The notes under the pieces are model-generated. The model did no database searches and was not told the origin of the DNA. It saw only the letters and a program-made list of their open reading frames with translations. A stretch of 35,096 bases of DNA from Halocafeteria seosinensis (Eukaryota). The position numbers were made by a program, and so were the translations under genes. Positions 25,469 through 34,606 of this stretch are shown piece by piece. The stretch is from assembly GCA_001687465.1 (NCBI GenBank), contig LVLI01000376.1:1-35096 (forward strand), given 5' to 3'. How positions within the stretch are numbered: position 1 is the first letter of the stretch; each line of letters begins with the position of its first letter.

Positions 25469-26629
25469 ATGAATAACTCTAACGGTCGTCGACCTCCCCG
25501 TTCGAATTATGATGCTCAACAGTATAGACGGCAGTATCAGCCGAGACCACCTCAGTTTCATGGGCGACCACCGCCGCCAAACTATCCCAGACCTCCACCT
25601 TTTAAGCGGTCGTAAGCTACTTTGTATCCAACCAGCACGTCTGAGTCTTTTATCTCGCCTGTATACGTGCCTTGCAGAAGAGAGGAACGTCGGGGAGCAT
25701 GGAACACGCCATTTCCTGGTCATCAACAGCACGTTCACAACCAGCAGAATTCAACTAATGCAAGCTTAGCAAGAAACGATAGTAGGATGAGTGACCCAAA
25801 GCAGCACGACGTCCCATCAGACCGGAAACGAAGGCGGTATGACGAACCAAAACCACCTCCAAGGTTTTCGTCGAGCTCTGCAACTGACCAGAATTCGTCG
25901 TCTACTTTTCGAGGACGCTCCCCGCAAAACAACAATAAGGTTGAGCATGTCATGACTGTACAAGCTGGTAAAACAAAGCAAGGCTCGCTACCCGAAGATG
26001 ATCCTCACCGTATACAGCAGCGGCAACGTCAAATTGACTTCGGGAAAAATACTGCCGGTTATGATCGATACATCAAGCTCGTGCCAAAGTATGGATATAT
26101 TATTTGGAAGTTAAATGCAGAGATCATGCATACGCGCATCTTGCTCTTGCAGACACAAGCGTAAGCCTACTGACCCTCAAACGCCAAATCCGACGAGAAA
26201 ATATAGTAAACGTATGTGGGACAGCATGGTACGAACCTGGAGGAAACGGCTTCATCAATGGGATCCGCCGGAAGAAGAATGTCAATACGATCTGTTTGCA
26301 GAACTTGAAAAAGGCAAGACCGTTTCCCGTTCAAATTACCCAATTACTATCACCATGTATTGCATATCTCCGCAGAAAGGAAATGCCGTTTACGAGGAGA
26401 ACAAATTGATTACCATACGGCAGCGGCAGCGTTGCAGAAGTTGAAAAACCGCAATCTCTCCTCGGCCACGGGGGAGGGAGCGTTGTATAAACATGCTCGA
26501 CCTGAAAGCGTTGGTATGATGTCGTTTGTCTCTTCTCCCTCAATGGAGTTCTTAGTTGCACCGTTCTCCTTGCGTAAACGGAACACATGTTGCATTGGTG
26601 AAGATATGCTTCACGACCCTGCGTTGTAG
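25469..26629 (+). CDS. SLBP: Histone mRNA stem-loop binding protein, 4 exons, ~322 aa
   Basis: Exons 25469-25611, 25678-26088, 26153-26313 and 26376-26629; the last intron is GC-AG, and without it the CDS ends at 26444. The RNA-binding domain reads [65 protein letters not shown]. Confidence 0.93.
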
Positions 26630-27389
26630 CTTTAAGAAGCTCAGGGTTCCTATGCTGTAAATACGACGCTCCCAAACATTGGATTCCTACAGGGAGGATG
26701 CGCTCGACGAAGCCAGATTGAATTCAGTTTTCAGATTTACAGTATGTCGTGTGATGGTTTGCTTAAGTGTTTTCCATTGGTGTAACTATACGGATCATCG
26801 CAATGGATGTGTTCGAAAGAGCAACTGCAACTGTAAGTGGCCATAAGAGCTCATCCGAATTCAGGAAAACCATGCCTGTCCTTGCGCCGACTCGTTGAAA
26901 ATGGAAGTTTGGAAGCCGCGCATTCAGGTTGCAGTTATCTGGAACGGAGCACTCTCGGACCCTCGCCGACTAACTTTTTTCACGTAGCCTACAGGCTGAA
27001 AAAAGAAACGTGGACTCAAAAGTGGTGCATACGCAGTATTTAACACATGTTACTTTTATTCGTGTCGTTTCCCCACGAAGTGGGTGCAGAAATTACAGAG
27101 CTGGTACTTGTACGGCCGTGTTTCGAATGAGTGCTAGGCAAATTAAGTTTTGAAGGCTTTAAAACAGCTACACCAGGAATACAAATAAACTATCAACTCA
27201 GTTGTGGTTCATTGCGAATGCTACGTTGTCAGCTTAGTGTCAAGCCTTGTGATCAAGTTTTCTTGAAGTGACACTGGTTGCGGCAATGAGCGCCACTCCA
27301 CCGTAGCAGAGATATACTACCTCTATTGCGCAAGTTTCGTTGGATATATACATAGAACGCATTCGTCACTCTGTGACGTTCGAAACAAA

Positions 27390-29825
27390 ATGGCAGATAC
27401 TGTCCAAGAGCTCCTGGAGCGCATGATCCCGGAGCTGGAGGAGCTCCAGGAGATTGGATATTTTGATAAAGTGCGTCCCAACGCCTGTATACGCCATATC
27501 TACCTCCATATTCGCATTTCCATATGTTCATTCTTACTGCTTTACCTGTGTCCGCAGAATGAAGTGCGTCAAATAGTGAATGAACGACGGGATTACGAGT
27601 ATAAATTGGCCGGGAGATCGCCTCGGAAGGAGGATTACCTCAATTATATCACATATGAGCTCAAATTGGAGAGTTTACGAAAACTTCGCAAGAAAAAACT
27701 TTCCATAAAGAAGTCGTCGTCCAGTGACTATGTCTACCTGAGACGCGTCCATTTCATCTTTGACCGGGCGCTACGGCGATTTCGGTATGACTTGGACTTA
27801 TGGAAGCAATGGATTGAATTCTCCCTTAGAACCAATTCTTCCAAAGCTCTACAGAAGATATTCCCGAGGGCATTGAGGTTGCTACCTCATTGCGAAAAAC
27901 TATGGCTGCAAGCCGCTTCCTGGGAATTCGACGTTAACCATAACATCAGTGGCGCTCGACATTTTATGCAACGTGCACTCCGTTTTAATAGCGTGTCGAA
28001 GGACTTGTGGTTACATTATTTCAAACTCGAACTGCTTTATATTCGGAGACTGCAAGCTCGAAGGATGCTCTTGGGTCTGGATGATGTGAAAACAGGCGTT
28101 GAGCAAGATGTCACGGACTCCCTGGACTCGGTTGAGCAGTCAGACAAGAAGACAGCCAGGAAGCGCGCTTTCTTCGACGGATTAGTCCCTCGAATCATTT
28201 ACAACAATGCTGTCTCTAACATAGAGGATGTAGAGTTCTCGGCCGCTTTCGCTCAAATCGTTCGTGGTTATCGTTCGCCTGAGGACTCGACAAGTCCAGG
28301 GTTCCCTCGGTTACAGGACTATATCCTCAATGATATCACAGATAAGTTTCCCATCAGCAGTAAGACCTGGATACTACTTGCCGAGAACTGTGTATATCAT
28401 CTTCAGTATGTCGGATCAAGACCTGAAAACGAAGATCGAGAAGAAAAGAGTGGTCCAGTGGGAAGCTACTACGCATTGGAAGCACTAGGGAGCGATATCA
28501 ACATGACCCAGGAAGTCCCTTCCGACTGGACCATCCACCAGCAAAGCGTCAGTGCCCAAGGTACAACCGGCCGCAAGAAGGGCAAACGGAGGCAGCCCGG
28601 AAGTCTGGACGAGTTCGCCGCGAGGATGTCTGAAAGTGATTCCACTTCAGAGAAAACAGCAAATATCGTAAAAGAAGCTGAGGACAATATGATCGCCACG
28701 TTGCGGGAAGGGCTAACCGTTGCAGCGTCCCCCTTCTTTTATATTGGAGCTGTCGAACTGATGGCTACGCGGCTGGAGGCAAGAGAGGCACCAAAGACAG
28801 CCGCACGACTGGATTCTTTGACAAAATCGATGGCTGAAATCTGTCTTCGATGTCATACTCAGCATTTATCGACAGTTAAGACTCATTCTTGGCTCCTACG
28901 TTCGCTAATTTTGCTTCAGTGGCCTTGCCGGGCGCTTGCAGTTGCCTCTGATGCGTTGTCTGCAGAGTTTGAACAGCAGCAGAAACGAGCGTTTGGTCCT
29001 CTTGTTGAACAGTATGTTACGCATGAATCTGTTAAAGAGAAGGCGGATGAAAATCAAAGTATCCTTCGTTCACTTCGAAGCCAGTCTGAACCTTGGTTGC
29101 TAGGAGTCGATCTGGTACTGCGGTTCCGAAGTCTCTTGTCCATAGCGGATACCCGTCATATGGTTTATAACAACGGAAGCTCTGAAATTCTTCAATTTCT
29201 TCCCCTTAACAATGTTTCATACAGCGATTTTTCCTCCGAACACTTGCAGGAAATTCAAGCAAGCTTGTCCCGACTACCCTCTGTAGATACCCTTCTTGAA
29301 GAAGCTCTAAAAGTTGTACTCGATGACTTTTCTCTTCCCCTCTGGCTTTACTCGATAGGAATAAAACGCGATAGCATTCATTATGCTGAGAATTCGGAAT
29401 TTGTTACACGCTCGTATTTGACTGCAATCTCGCGTTGCACGGATGAGGATCCTCTGCGGTTGGAGCTCCTAGAGTGGCTCTTCGAGCACTGCCAAATATC
29501 TTTCTTCCAAAAATGGAAAAAAGAGATCTTTAGTGGCACGCCATCTTTCTCCATATATCAGCACGCTATAAATCGTTTGGAGACTCTTTATAGGATTGAG
29601 AACTTCAATGCAGCTATAGGTGCGCTCCTGGAGTATGTCTACCAACAGGCTCTGCGCGATCATGGTAAGGCTTCTGCTGATTTGTGGCTGCGGAGAATGC
29701 GGTTTCTACAAGAAAATTCGAGGTCGATTGAGGCTTCTAAAGTTTATGACAGAGCGTTGAAAGAGCTGGACAACCCATCAACTCTGGTGGAACTCTGTGC
29801 TTCGGGCTCGGCGCGGAAAGACTAG
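27390..29825 (+). CDS. UTP6: U3 snoRNA-associated protein 6 (HAT repeats), 2 exons, ~782 aa
   Basis: N-terminus MADTVQELLERMIPELEEL..EVRQIVNERRDYEYKL..DYLNYITYELKLESLR. HAT repeats (LWKQWIEF, LWLQAASWEF, ARHFMQRALRFN, LWLHYFKLEL). An 87-nt in-frame GT-AG intron lies at 27471-27557. Confidence 0.93.
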   Translation: MADTVQELLERMIPELEELQEIGYFDKVRPNACIRHIYLHIRISICSFLLLYLCPQNEVRQIVNERRDYEYKLAGRSPRKEDYLNYITYELKLESLRKLRKKKLSIKKSSSSDYVYLRRVHFIFDRALRRFRYDLDLWKQWIEFSLRTNSSKALQKIFPRALRLLPHCEKLWLQAASWEFDVNHNISGARHFMQRALRFNSVSKDLWLHYFKLELLYIRRLQARRMLLGLDDVKTGVEQDVTDSLDSVEQSDKKTARKRAFFDGLVPRIIYNNAVSNIEDVEFSAAFAQIVRGYRSPEDSTSPGFPRLQDYILNDITDKFPISSKTWILLAENCVYHLQYVGSRPENEDREEKSGPVGSYYALEALGSDINMTQEVPSDWTIHQQSVSAQGTTGRKKGKRRQPGSLDEFAARMSESDSTSEKTANIVKEAEDNMIATLREGLTVAASPFFYIGAVELMATRLEAREAPKTAARLDSLTKSMAEICLRCHTQHLSTVKTHSWLLRSLILLQWPCRALAVASDALSAEFEQQQKRAFGPLVEQYVTHESVKEKADENQSILRSLRSQSEPWLLGVDLVLRFRSLLSIADTRHMVYNNGSSEILQFLPLNNVSYSDFSSEHLQEIQASLSRLPSVDTLLEEALKVVLDDFSLPLWLYSIGIKRDSIHYAENSEFVTRSYLTAISRCTDEDPLRLELLEWLFEHCQISFFQKWKKEIFSGTPSFSIYQHAINRLETLYRIENFNAAIGALLEYVYQQALRDHGKASADLWLRRMRFLQENSRSIEASKVYDRALKELDNPSTLVELCASGSARKD

Positions 29826-29831
29826 ACTTAA

Positions 29832-30158
29832 GCACTAACTCTTCAAACAAATTTGAATTCACAGCGTACAGACTACATAGTCAGTGACCTTTACGACAAG
29901 CTCAATGCGATTTTCCATACTACCCAACTGCAATTTAATGGGACCAACGGCATCACAATGGATGTTCTTTGGGACCAACAGCACCTTCGGGAGTACATGA
30001 AGGACAACAACAAGACTGCTTTCATTCAATTGAGCAATTCTCAGAAATGTGAATATAGGAACATCCTCCGGAACAACCGGAGACTACGTGCCTCCAACCA
30101 AGGATCCACTTCAATACGAAGTGCTGTGCTTGCGGAAGGGGCTCATTCGGGAGGATAA
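29832..30158 (+). pseudogene. 5'-truncated ORF fragment, copy A of an unidentified element-borne protein C-terminus
   Basis: The frame opens at 29832 with no ATG at its start. VLWDQQHLREYMKDNNKTAFIQLSNSQKCEYRNILRNNRRLRASNQ aligns with copy B at about 24/46 identities (manual count). Confidence 0.6.
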
Positions 30159-30173
30159 GAGAACGTGAGAAAA

Positions 30174-30363
30174 GGCAGGTGTCCCTGCCGAAGTGGACCC
30201 GCCAGGCCGGACGACTTATGGCTGGCACGGCTCTGCATAAGTCGAAAGGATTTACAATGCTCATTTAAGACATCGAGCAAAGAGAATCCATAGAAAGTTA
30301 GCTTTGCATGGGCAAAGCAGGAGCCCGACAAATCGGGGGTTACAGGAGGTGAAACAGTTTCAC
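30174..30363 (+). ncRNA. Putative structured RNA / 3' UTR following ORF copy A
   Basis: Consecutive helices: 30174-79/30184-89, 30212-20/30236-44 (9 bp), 30248-52/30285-89 enclosing 30258-62/30275-79, 30301-07/30312-18, 30324-28/30333-37 and 30349-55/30357-63. Confidence 0.5.
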
Positions 30364-30377
30364 GGTGCACAGGGAGT

Positions 30378-31309
30378 ATGGAGTGTTCACAAGGTAGATA
30401 CAGGTTAGATTTATATCAGTGGTATAAAGCTAAGTATGAGTTTTATCAACTATGGAAAGGACTACTGGATGCTTTCGAGGTCTCGTTAGATATCACTATA
30501 TTGGATGGCTTGTTGAATATACTGGTGGAAAAAAAAGGAACATTTGCATCAAAGAACTGGAGCCGACGCATGTCGGACCATCAATCTGGTTGAAACCGAA
30601 GTCGAAAAGCTGGTATAGAAAATGAGTTTGGTATCAGAGCAATACATTGGAGTCCGGTTCTTGGAATTTCGACGTCATTACTGGGACTGTTTGCAGGCAT
30701 AACGACCCACTCCCTCAAGGAGTTGTCTTCTATGTGAAGAGGCCAACCGCCATGCCACTTGAGAGACTGAGAAGTGTCTGGAATTTATGCTATGTCAAAA
30801 ACTTGTCAGGTATAGTCGGAGGATCCAGCGATATTGGAATCTGGATCAATGGAAGTGATGTTTCGAATTATATCAAAGATGTGCCTGGTGTTCGCCAAAG
30901 TATGCAAATACATGGAACCCTCCGTCTAATGAGTTGAGATATAATCCAACACACTGGTGGCTTGACCGTAAGGAAGAAGATCTGATACTTTGGTACCAGG
31001 GAAGAGTACATCGGAATGACATTATGCAGCAGAATTTGTTAAAGTTTTCACGTGTAGCCCAACGAATTGAAGGAAAGTTTCGCAAAAGGTACATTATTTG
31101 GTGCAAAGAGAACGAAATCGACTCACCAGTATTATGGGACAGACAGCATTATCGTGAATTCCAGCAACGGCCACAAACTGCCCTTCATTGAACTTAGTCC
31201 CACCCAAAAGAAAGTATATAAGGAAATTTTAGCGCAAAACCGACGTGCCATTGCTGCTAACCAACGAAGAACGATTCCGTCGATAACACAAAACTTACCA
31301 GATGAGTAG
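30378..31309 (+). pseudogene. Decayed ORF, copy B (stops and frameshifts)
   Basis: ORF pieces 30934-31191 and 31067-31309 join by a frameshift near 31170 to give VLWDRQHYREFQQRxHKLPFIELSPTQKKVYKEILAQNRRAIAANQ, homologous to copy A. The upstream reading frame and 5' boundary are ambiguous. Confidence 0.6.
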
Positions 31310-31400
31310 ATTAACAGTGAAACTCCACGCTTTCTGCTTGGTTGAGTTTTCAAAGCCGTGAAGTAATACTTGCGCTAGTTTTATCGCCTAACTCAATTCC

Positions 31401-32055
31401 CAGCAGAACTGGCCCCTTCATGGATATCTGAAGGCAACCAGTCTGCTGTTCTTATCAGCGTCCAGTGGACCAGTGGTCAATTATAGGCTGGACGCCTTGC
31501 TAGCAGCACCTGATGCTGTTAGTCCAGTAACCTGTAGACATCCCGCATAGTGTAGATGCCGGATACAATACACACGAACCCTAACCGTCAGTTTGTGGTT
31601 GTATCCTGTGCGTGATTTTTATGATGCCAAATGGCTCTATACTGGCGAATTGGCCGATACTGAGCTGCCGGCGGGTAGACTACACAGTACTGGTAGTTAT
31701 TTAAAACGAAATACGGTAATTGTATTAAGCATACCGTATAACATCGCTTTGAGCATGTATACAATTCATTTAAGGTACATAATAATGTTTATTATCCTAT
31801 CCCCGGGGGTACGGTCGAGGTTCCGGCCTGATCGATCCCAACCGCTCTGCTTGTTTCCTAGGGGTACAGTATAGTAGTTGTGCCGTATAGATGGCATGTT
31901 CATTCGCATTTGCCTAACTATGTTATAGGCCCAACGACATCCTTTTCTGTGGCATCCAACATGGGGGGCGGCGGATGTTGATAAAGAAAAACCAGTTCGG
32001 TCATAATTGATGCGAATGCCCTCAGAGGTATCTGTCACATTTGTGTGTGTGTCAG
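31401..32055 (+). ncRNA. Putative large structured RNA / 3' UTR following ORF copy B
   Basis: Many nested and consecutive 5-9 bp helices over about 650 nt. Several contain G-U wobbles that work only on the + strand (details in findings). Confidence 0.6.
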
Positions 32056-32155
32056 AGGCTCAGTAGTTCGTTCATTCTTGAACTTTATTATGGGACTTAA
32101 AACGGAGCAGCCGTTCATTCACCCATCCACCCATTCATGATTTCATTTCACGCAG

Positions 32156-34246
32156 TCACTGAGCATCGTGCCCTAAAACGAAAACGCATTTCTTACTATT
32201 TAATGACAGATCACCTGCCGCTGCTTCATCAAATGCAACTTGCGTCTCTGTTTCACCGTTTCTTGTACGAAGCTCGATGGCATTTGCATACTCTTCAAGA
32301 GAAGGGGCAGGGTCCCTCCGTCTACCTGCTTCATTGAGTGTTTGCTTCATCGGGCCAAAAATCAAAGCCATACTTTGAAATGGCTGCCTGTCATAGAATG
32401 ACCCATGATGATACGCATACATGACTTCAGCATAGTTGTTGTAAGCTTGTAGTTGAGGGTACTCATTTACCCTGTTTGGGTCTACAGCAAACGCAATCAC
32501 AACAGGAACTTCTTCTTCTTCACCCCCACCATTATTCAGTTGTTGAACCCTATCCCAAATCCAATGAGCCGCTATCAAAGGGTCTTCGCTCGTATAGAAT
32601 CGCGGTCCAAAATCCGGTGGGATTTCCGCAGAGCCCGGTCCCGGTGACGCAGACGGACGAGAATTCATCATGACCTGCTCAGCAACAGTGGCCCGCGTTC
32701 CATGGAAAAAAATCCTTGAGCTGTCATCCTCCATTAAGGATCGTGCTGTCTCCCACATCATGTGCCGCAAGTTGTTCGCGTTTTCGCCTGCATTCCCCCC
32801 AACAAAGTTATCGAAATTGATACGCATATAGTTAAAGTTAAACTGTCCGCGGGGACTCGAAGCAGCCCAATGCTGCATTGCATTTGATGCTCTATGGCAC
32901 CAATCAGGCAATTCTACGTGCATTTTGCTCAGGAGTACGAATCGTGCCCAGTAGCCAGGGGAGCGGTATGTACTCAGATCATCATTCTGCTCTATGCTTC
33001 GTAGTGCGCAAATGACTTGGTTCGATACCTTGCCTTGCAAAACCTCCGACGCAACTTGACCGGAAGCTTCCACCTCGGCGACCAGTGGATTCACAATACA
33101 GTACTCTACCATTCCCTTTGGAGTTGTCGGTAAATGCTCGTACCCCAATGAGTCGCTCATTGACCGAACCGACGCAGGAGGATTGAGAAGTATGTTGTTG
33201 CAGTACTTCGCAACCCGACCCTCTGTCAGTCTAACATACTCATCTTGACATGACAAACGGTGCTCAAAATACCTGAATAGCCTTTGATCCACATAATCCT
33301 TGGCGAATTTAACAAACGGTGTATCCCATCCAATTAAGATAAAGCATGGTTCGTCAGAAATCAATTTGTTCTCTTTGTCGTCGTTTATAAAACCGACCTT
33401 CAATAGCCTGTCCCGAATTTCCAGTGTAATGATGTCCTTTTCACATTTCGAAAAGTAGTCGCCTCTCAGCAAGTCACTCAGATCAAGTTGCTTATGATCA
33501 AGGTACAGAAATCTCCAGTAATGCCATTCCTTTTTCAAGTCAATGAAGAGGTGGCTTATACCAGCATGGATTCCTCTGGCCATAAGCCCTCTATTCATTG
33601 AATAATCTCCCCTTCGTGGCCGAGGAGCTCTCCATCTAACGAGATGCATATCCTCAGAAGAAGGAGCGACAAATTTTACATTGGCCGTATCCCACCCTTT
33701 CATAATGGTTTCCGTACCTGACCATGCAATGCCCGGTTCCCATCGCACACCTTGTTTCTTGTCGTCAGGTAACTCTGAGCACATACCCGATGAAAAGCAT
33801 GTACCCACAAGTTTACCTGTGATACTATACCAGTCATCACATATTTGAGCGGCATCTTTTGCCTCACAATTGTGGATTTTTAGTTCAAGTGACCCTTCTG
33901 CTGCTTCCAGGGAGGACAACCCATCACTTTTGCTAGCATATTGGTAGAGGAGGTCACACGCGGTGCTGCGTTGTTCACCTGGTACGCCGCTTCCCTCTCG
34001 CGCTGCTGCGGCGGCCCGTTCTTGGAGCTCATTTGCTTCTGCAAATTCCCCACTCTCAATTTTTTGAATATACTTTTTCTGATCAATATTGCTACAAAAC
34101 CGTTTAATACGCGCAGCTGTTTCCAGGCATTGTTGAAGCTTGTTTGGTGGGAGCGGCTTCAAACGGTCGATTATGTTCGACTTCCCTTGTTTTCCACGTT
34201 GTGTTGATTCTGCAAACAGAACTACACTTTCCTTGTCCATCTGCAT
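32156..34246 (-). CDS. Protein with a degenerate CHAT/caspase-like region and a C-terminal DUF3990-like ADP-ribosyltransferase-fold domain, ~696 aa
   Basis: Long ORF with a likely ATG at 34246 or 34240, just after a 65-nt GT-AG intron-like segment (34311-34247). C-terminal motifs: IFFHGT..DFGPRFYTSED..AAHW..VVIAF..LIFGPM..TQVAF. Central motifs: IHAGISHLF, FILIGWDT and ALR..SPGYWARFVLL. Confidence 0.7.
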   Translation of the reverse strand: MQMDKESVVLFAESTQRGKQGKSNIIDRLKPLPPNKLQQCLETAARIKRFCSNIDQKKYIQKIESGEFAEANELQERAAAAAREGSGVPGEQRSTACDLLYQYASKSDGLSSLEAAEGSLELKIHNCEAKDAAQICDDWYSITGKLVGTCFSSGMCSELPDDKKQGVRWEPGIAWSGTETIMKGWDTANVKFVAPSSEDMHLVRWRAPRPRRGDYSMNRGLMARGIHAGISHLFIDLKKEWHYWRFLYLDHKQLDLSDLLRGDYFSKCEKDIITLEIRDRLLKVGFINDDKENKLISDEPCFILIGWDTPFVKFAKDYVDQRLFRYFEHRLSCQDEYVRLTEGRVAKYCNNILLNPPASVRSMSDSLGYEHLPTTPKGMVEYCIVNPLVAEVEASGQVASEVLQGKVSNQVICALRSIEQNDDLSTYRSPGYWARFVLLSKMHVELPDWCHRASNAMQHWAASSPRGQFNFNYMRINFDNFVGGNAGENANNLRHMMWETARSLMEDDSSRIFFHGTRATVAEQVMMNSRPSASPGPGSAEIPPDFGPRFYTSEDPLIAAHWIWDRVQQLNNGGGEEEEVPVVIAFAVDPNRVNEYPQLQAYNNYAEVMYAYHHGSFYDRQPFQSMALIFGPMKQTLNEAGRRRDPAPSLEEYANAIELRTRNGETETQVAFDEAAAGDLSLNSKKCVFVLGHDAQ

Positions 34247-34502
34247 CTGCACGCACACATATGTAGGAACAAACATGAATGTCCCCATGTGCCGTCTTTC
34301 TCGTCTCTCACCTTTTTTTTTCACTGTGTTAACCCCTACCAACTTTTATTGCCGTGTTGACAACCACGTGGCACGTACGTTCCCTTTCGATATACCCCGT
34401 ACTCTGCCTTCAAAATGCGCACCCCACCATGCGAAAGTGAACGCCCAAATATTTTTTTGGTTTACAATATAATGAACTCTTTTTCTCTGCGCCGCAACTT
34501 GT

Positions 34503-34606
34503 TAGGCTGGGACAAATCTCACCACTTTCGCTATTAGCTAACTTTTTCCGAGCAGGCTGGGACAAATCTCCCCACTTTTCGTCTCCCCAATCGGGGTCTG
34601 GGGAGA
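34503..34606. repeat. Duplicated ~27-nt terminal-like repeat plus TCTCCCCA subterminal motifs
   Basis: (t/c)aggctgggacaaatctc(a/c)ccacttt(t)cg occurs at 34503-34530 and 34553-34581. TCTCCCCA occurs at 34567 and 34582, and inverted at 34599-34606. Confidence 0.85.

Noticed and set aside
30207..30250. Hammerhead-like CGGACGA...GAAA
   Set aside because: The core deviates from CUGANGA, and the stem II register and stems I/III do not fit.
30721..30800. CLLC..ETEKC..C in frame 1 as a LINE-type zinc knuckle
   Set aside because: The His is misplaced and this frame has about 7 stops in 190 codons, near random, while frame 2 is almost open. Too weak to call a LINE.
29832..31309. Fanzor/TnpB assignment for the ORF-plus-RNA modules
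   Set aside because: No RuvC acidic motifs, paired CxxC zinc finger or RDxNAAxNI motif.
31626..31655. HDV-like GGCGAAU motif
   Set aside because: Too little sequence between the candidate P2 strands to build the nested double pseudoknot.
34503..34581. CRISPR-like repeat-spacer-repeat
   Set aside because: Only two imperfect repeats, eukaryotic context and no cas genes. Better explained as transposon ends.
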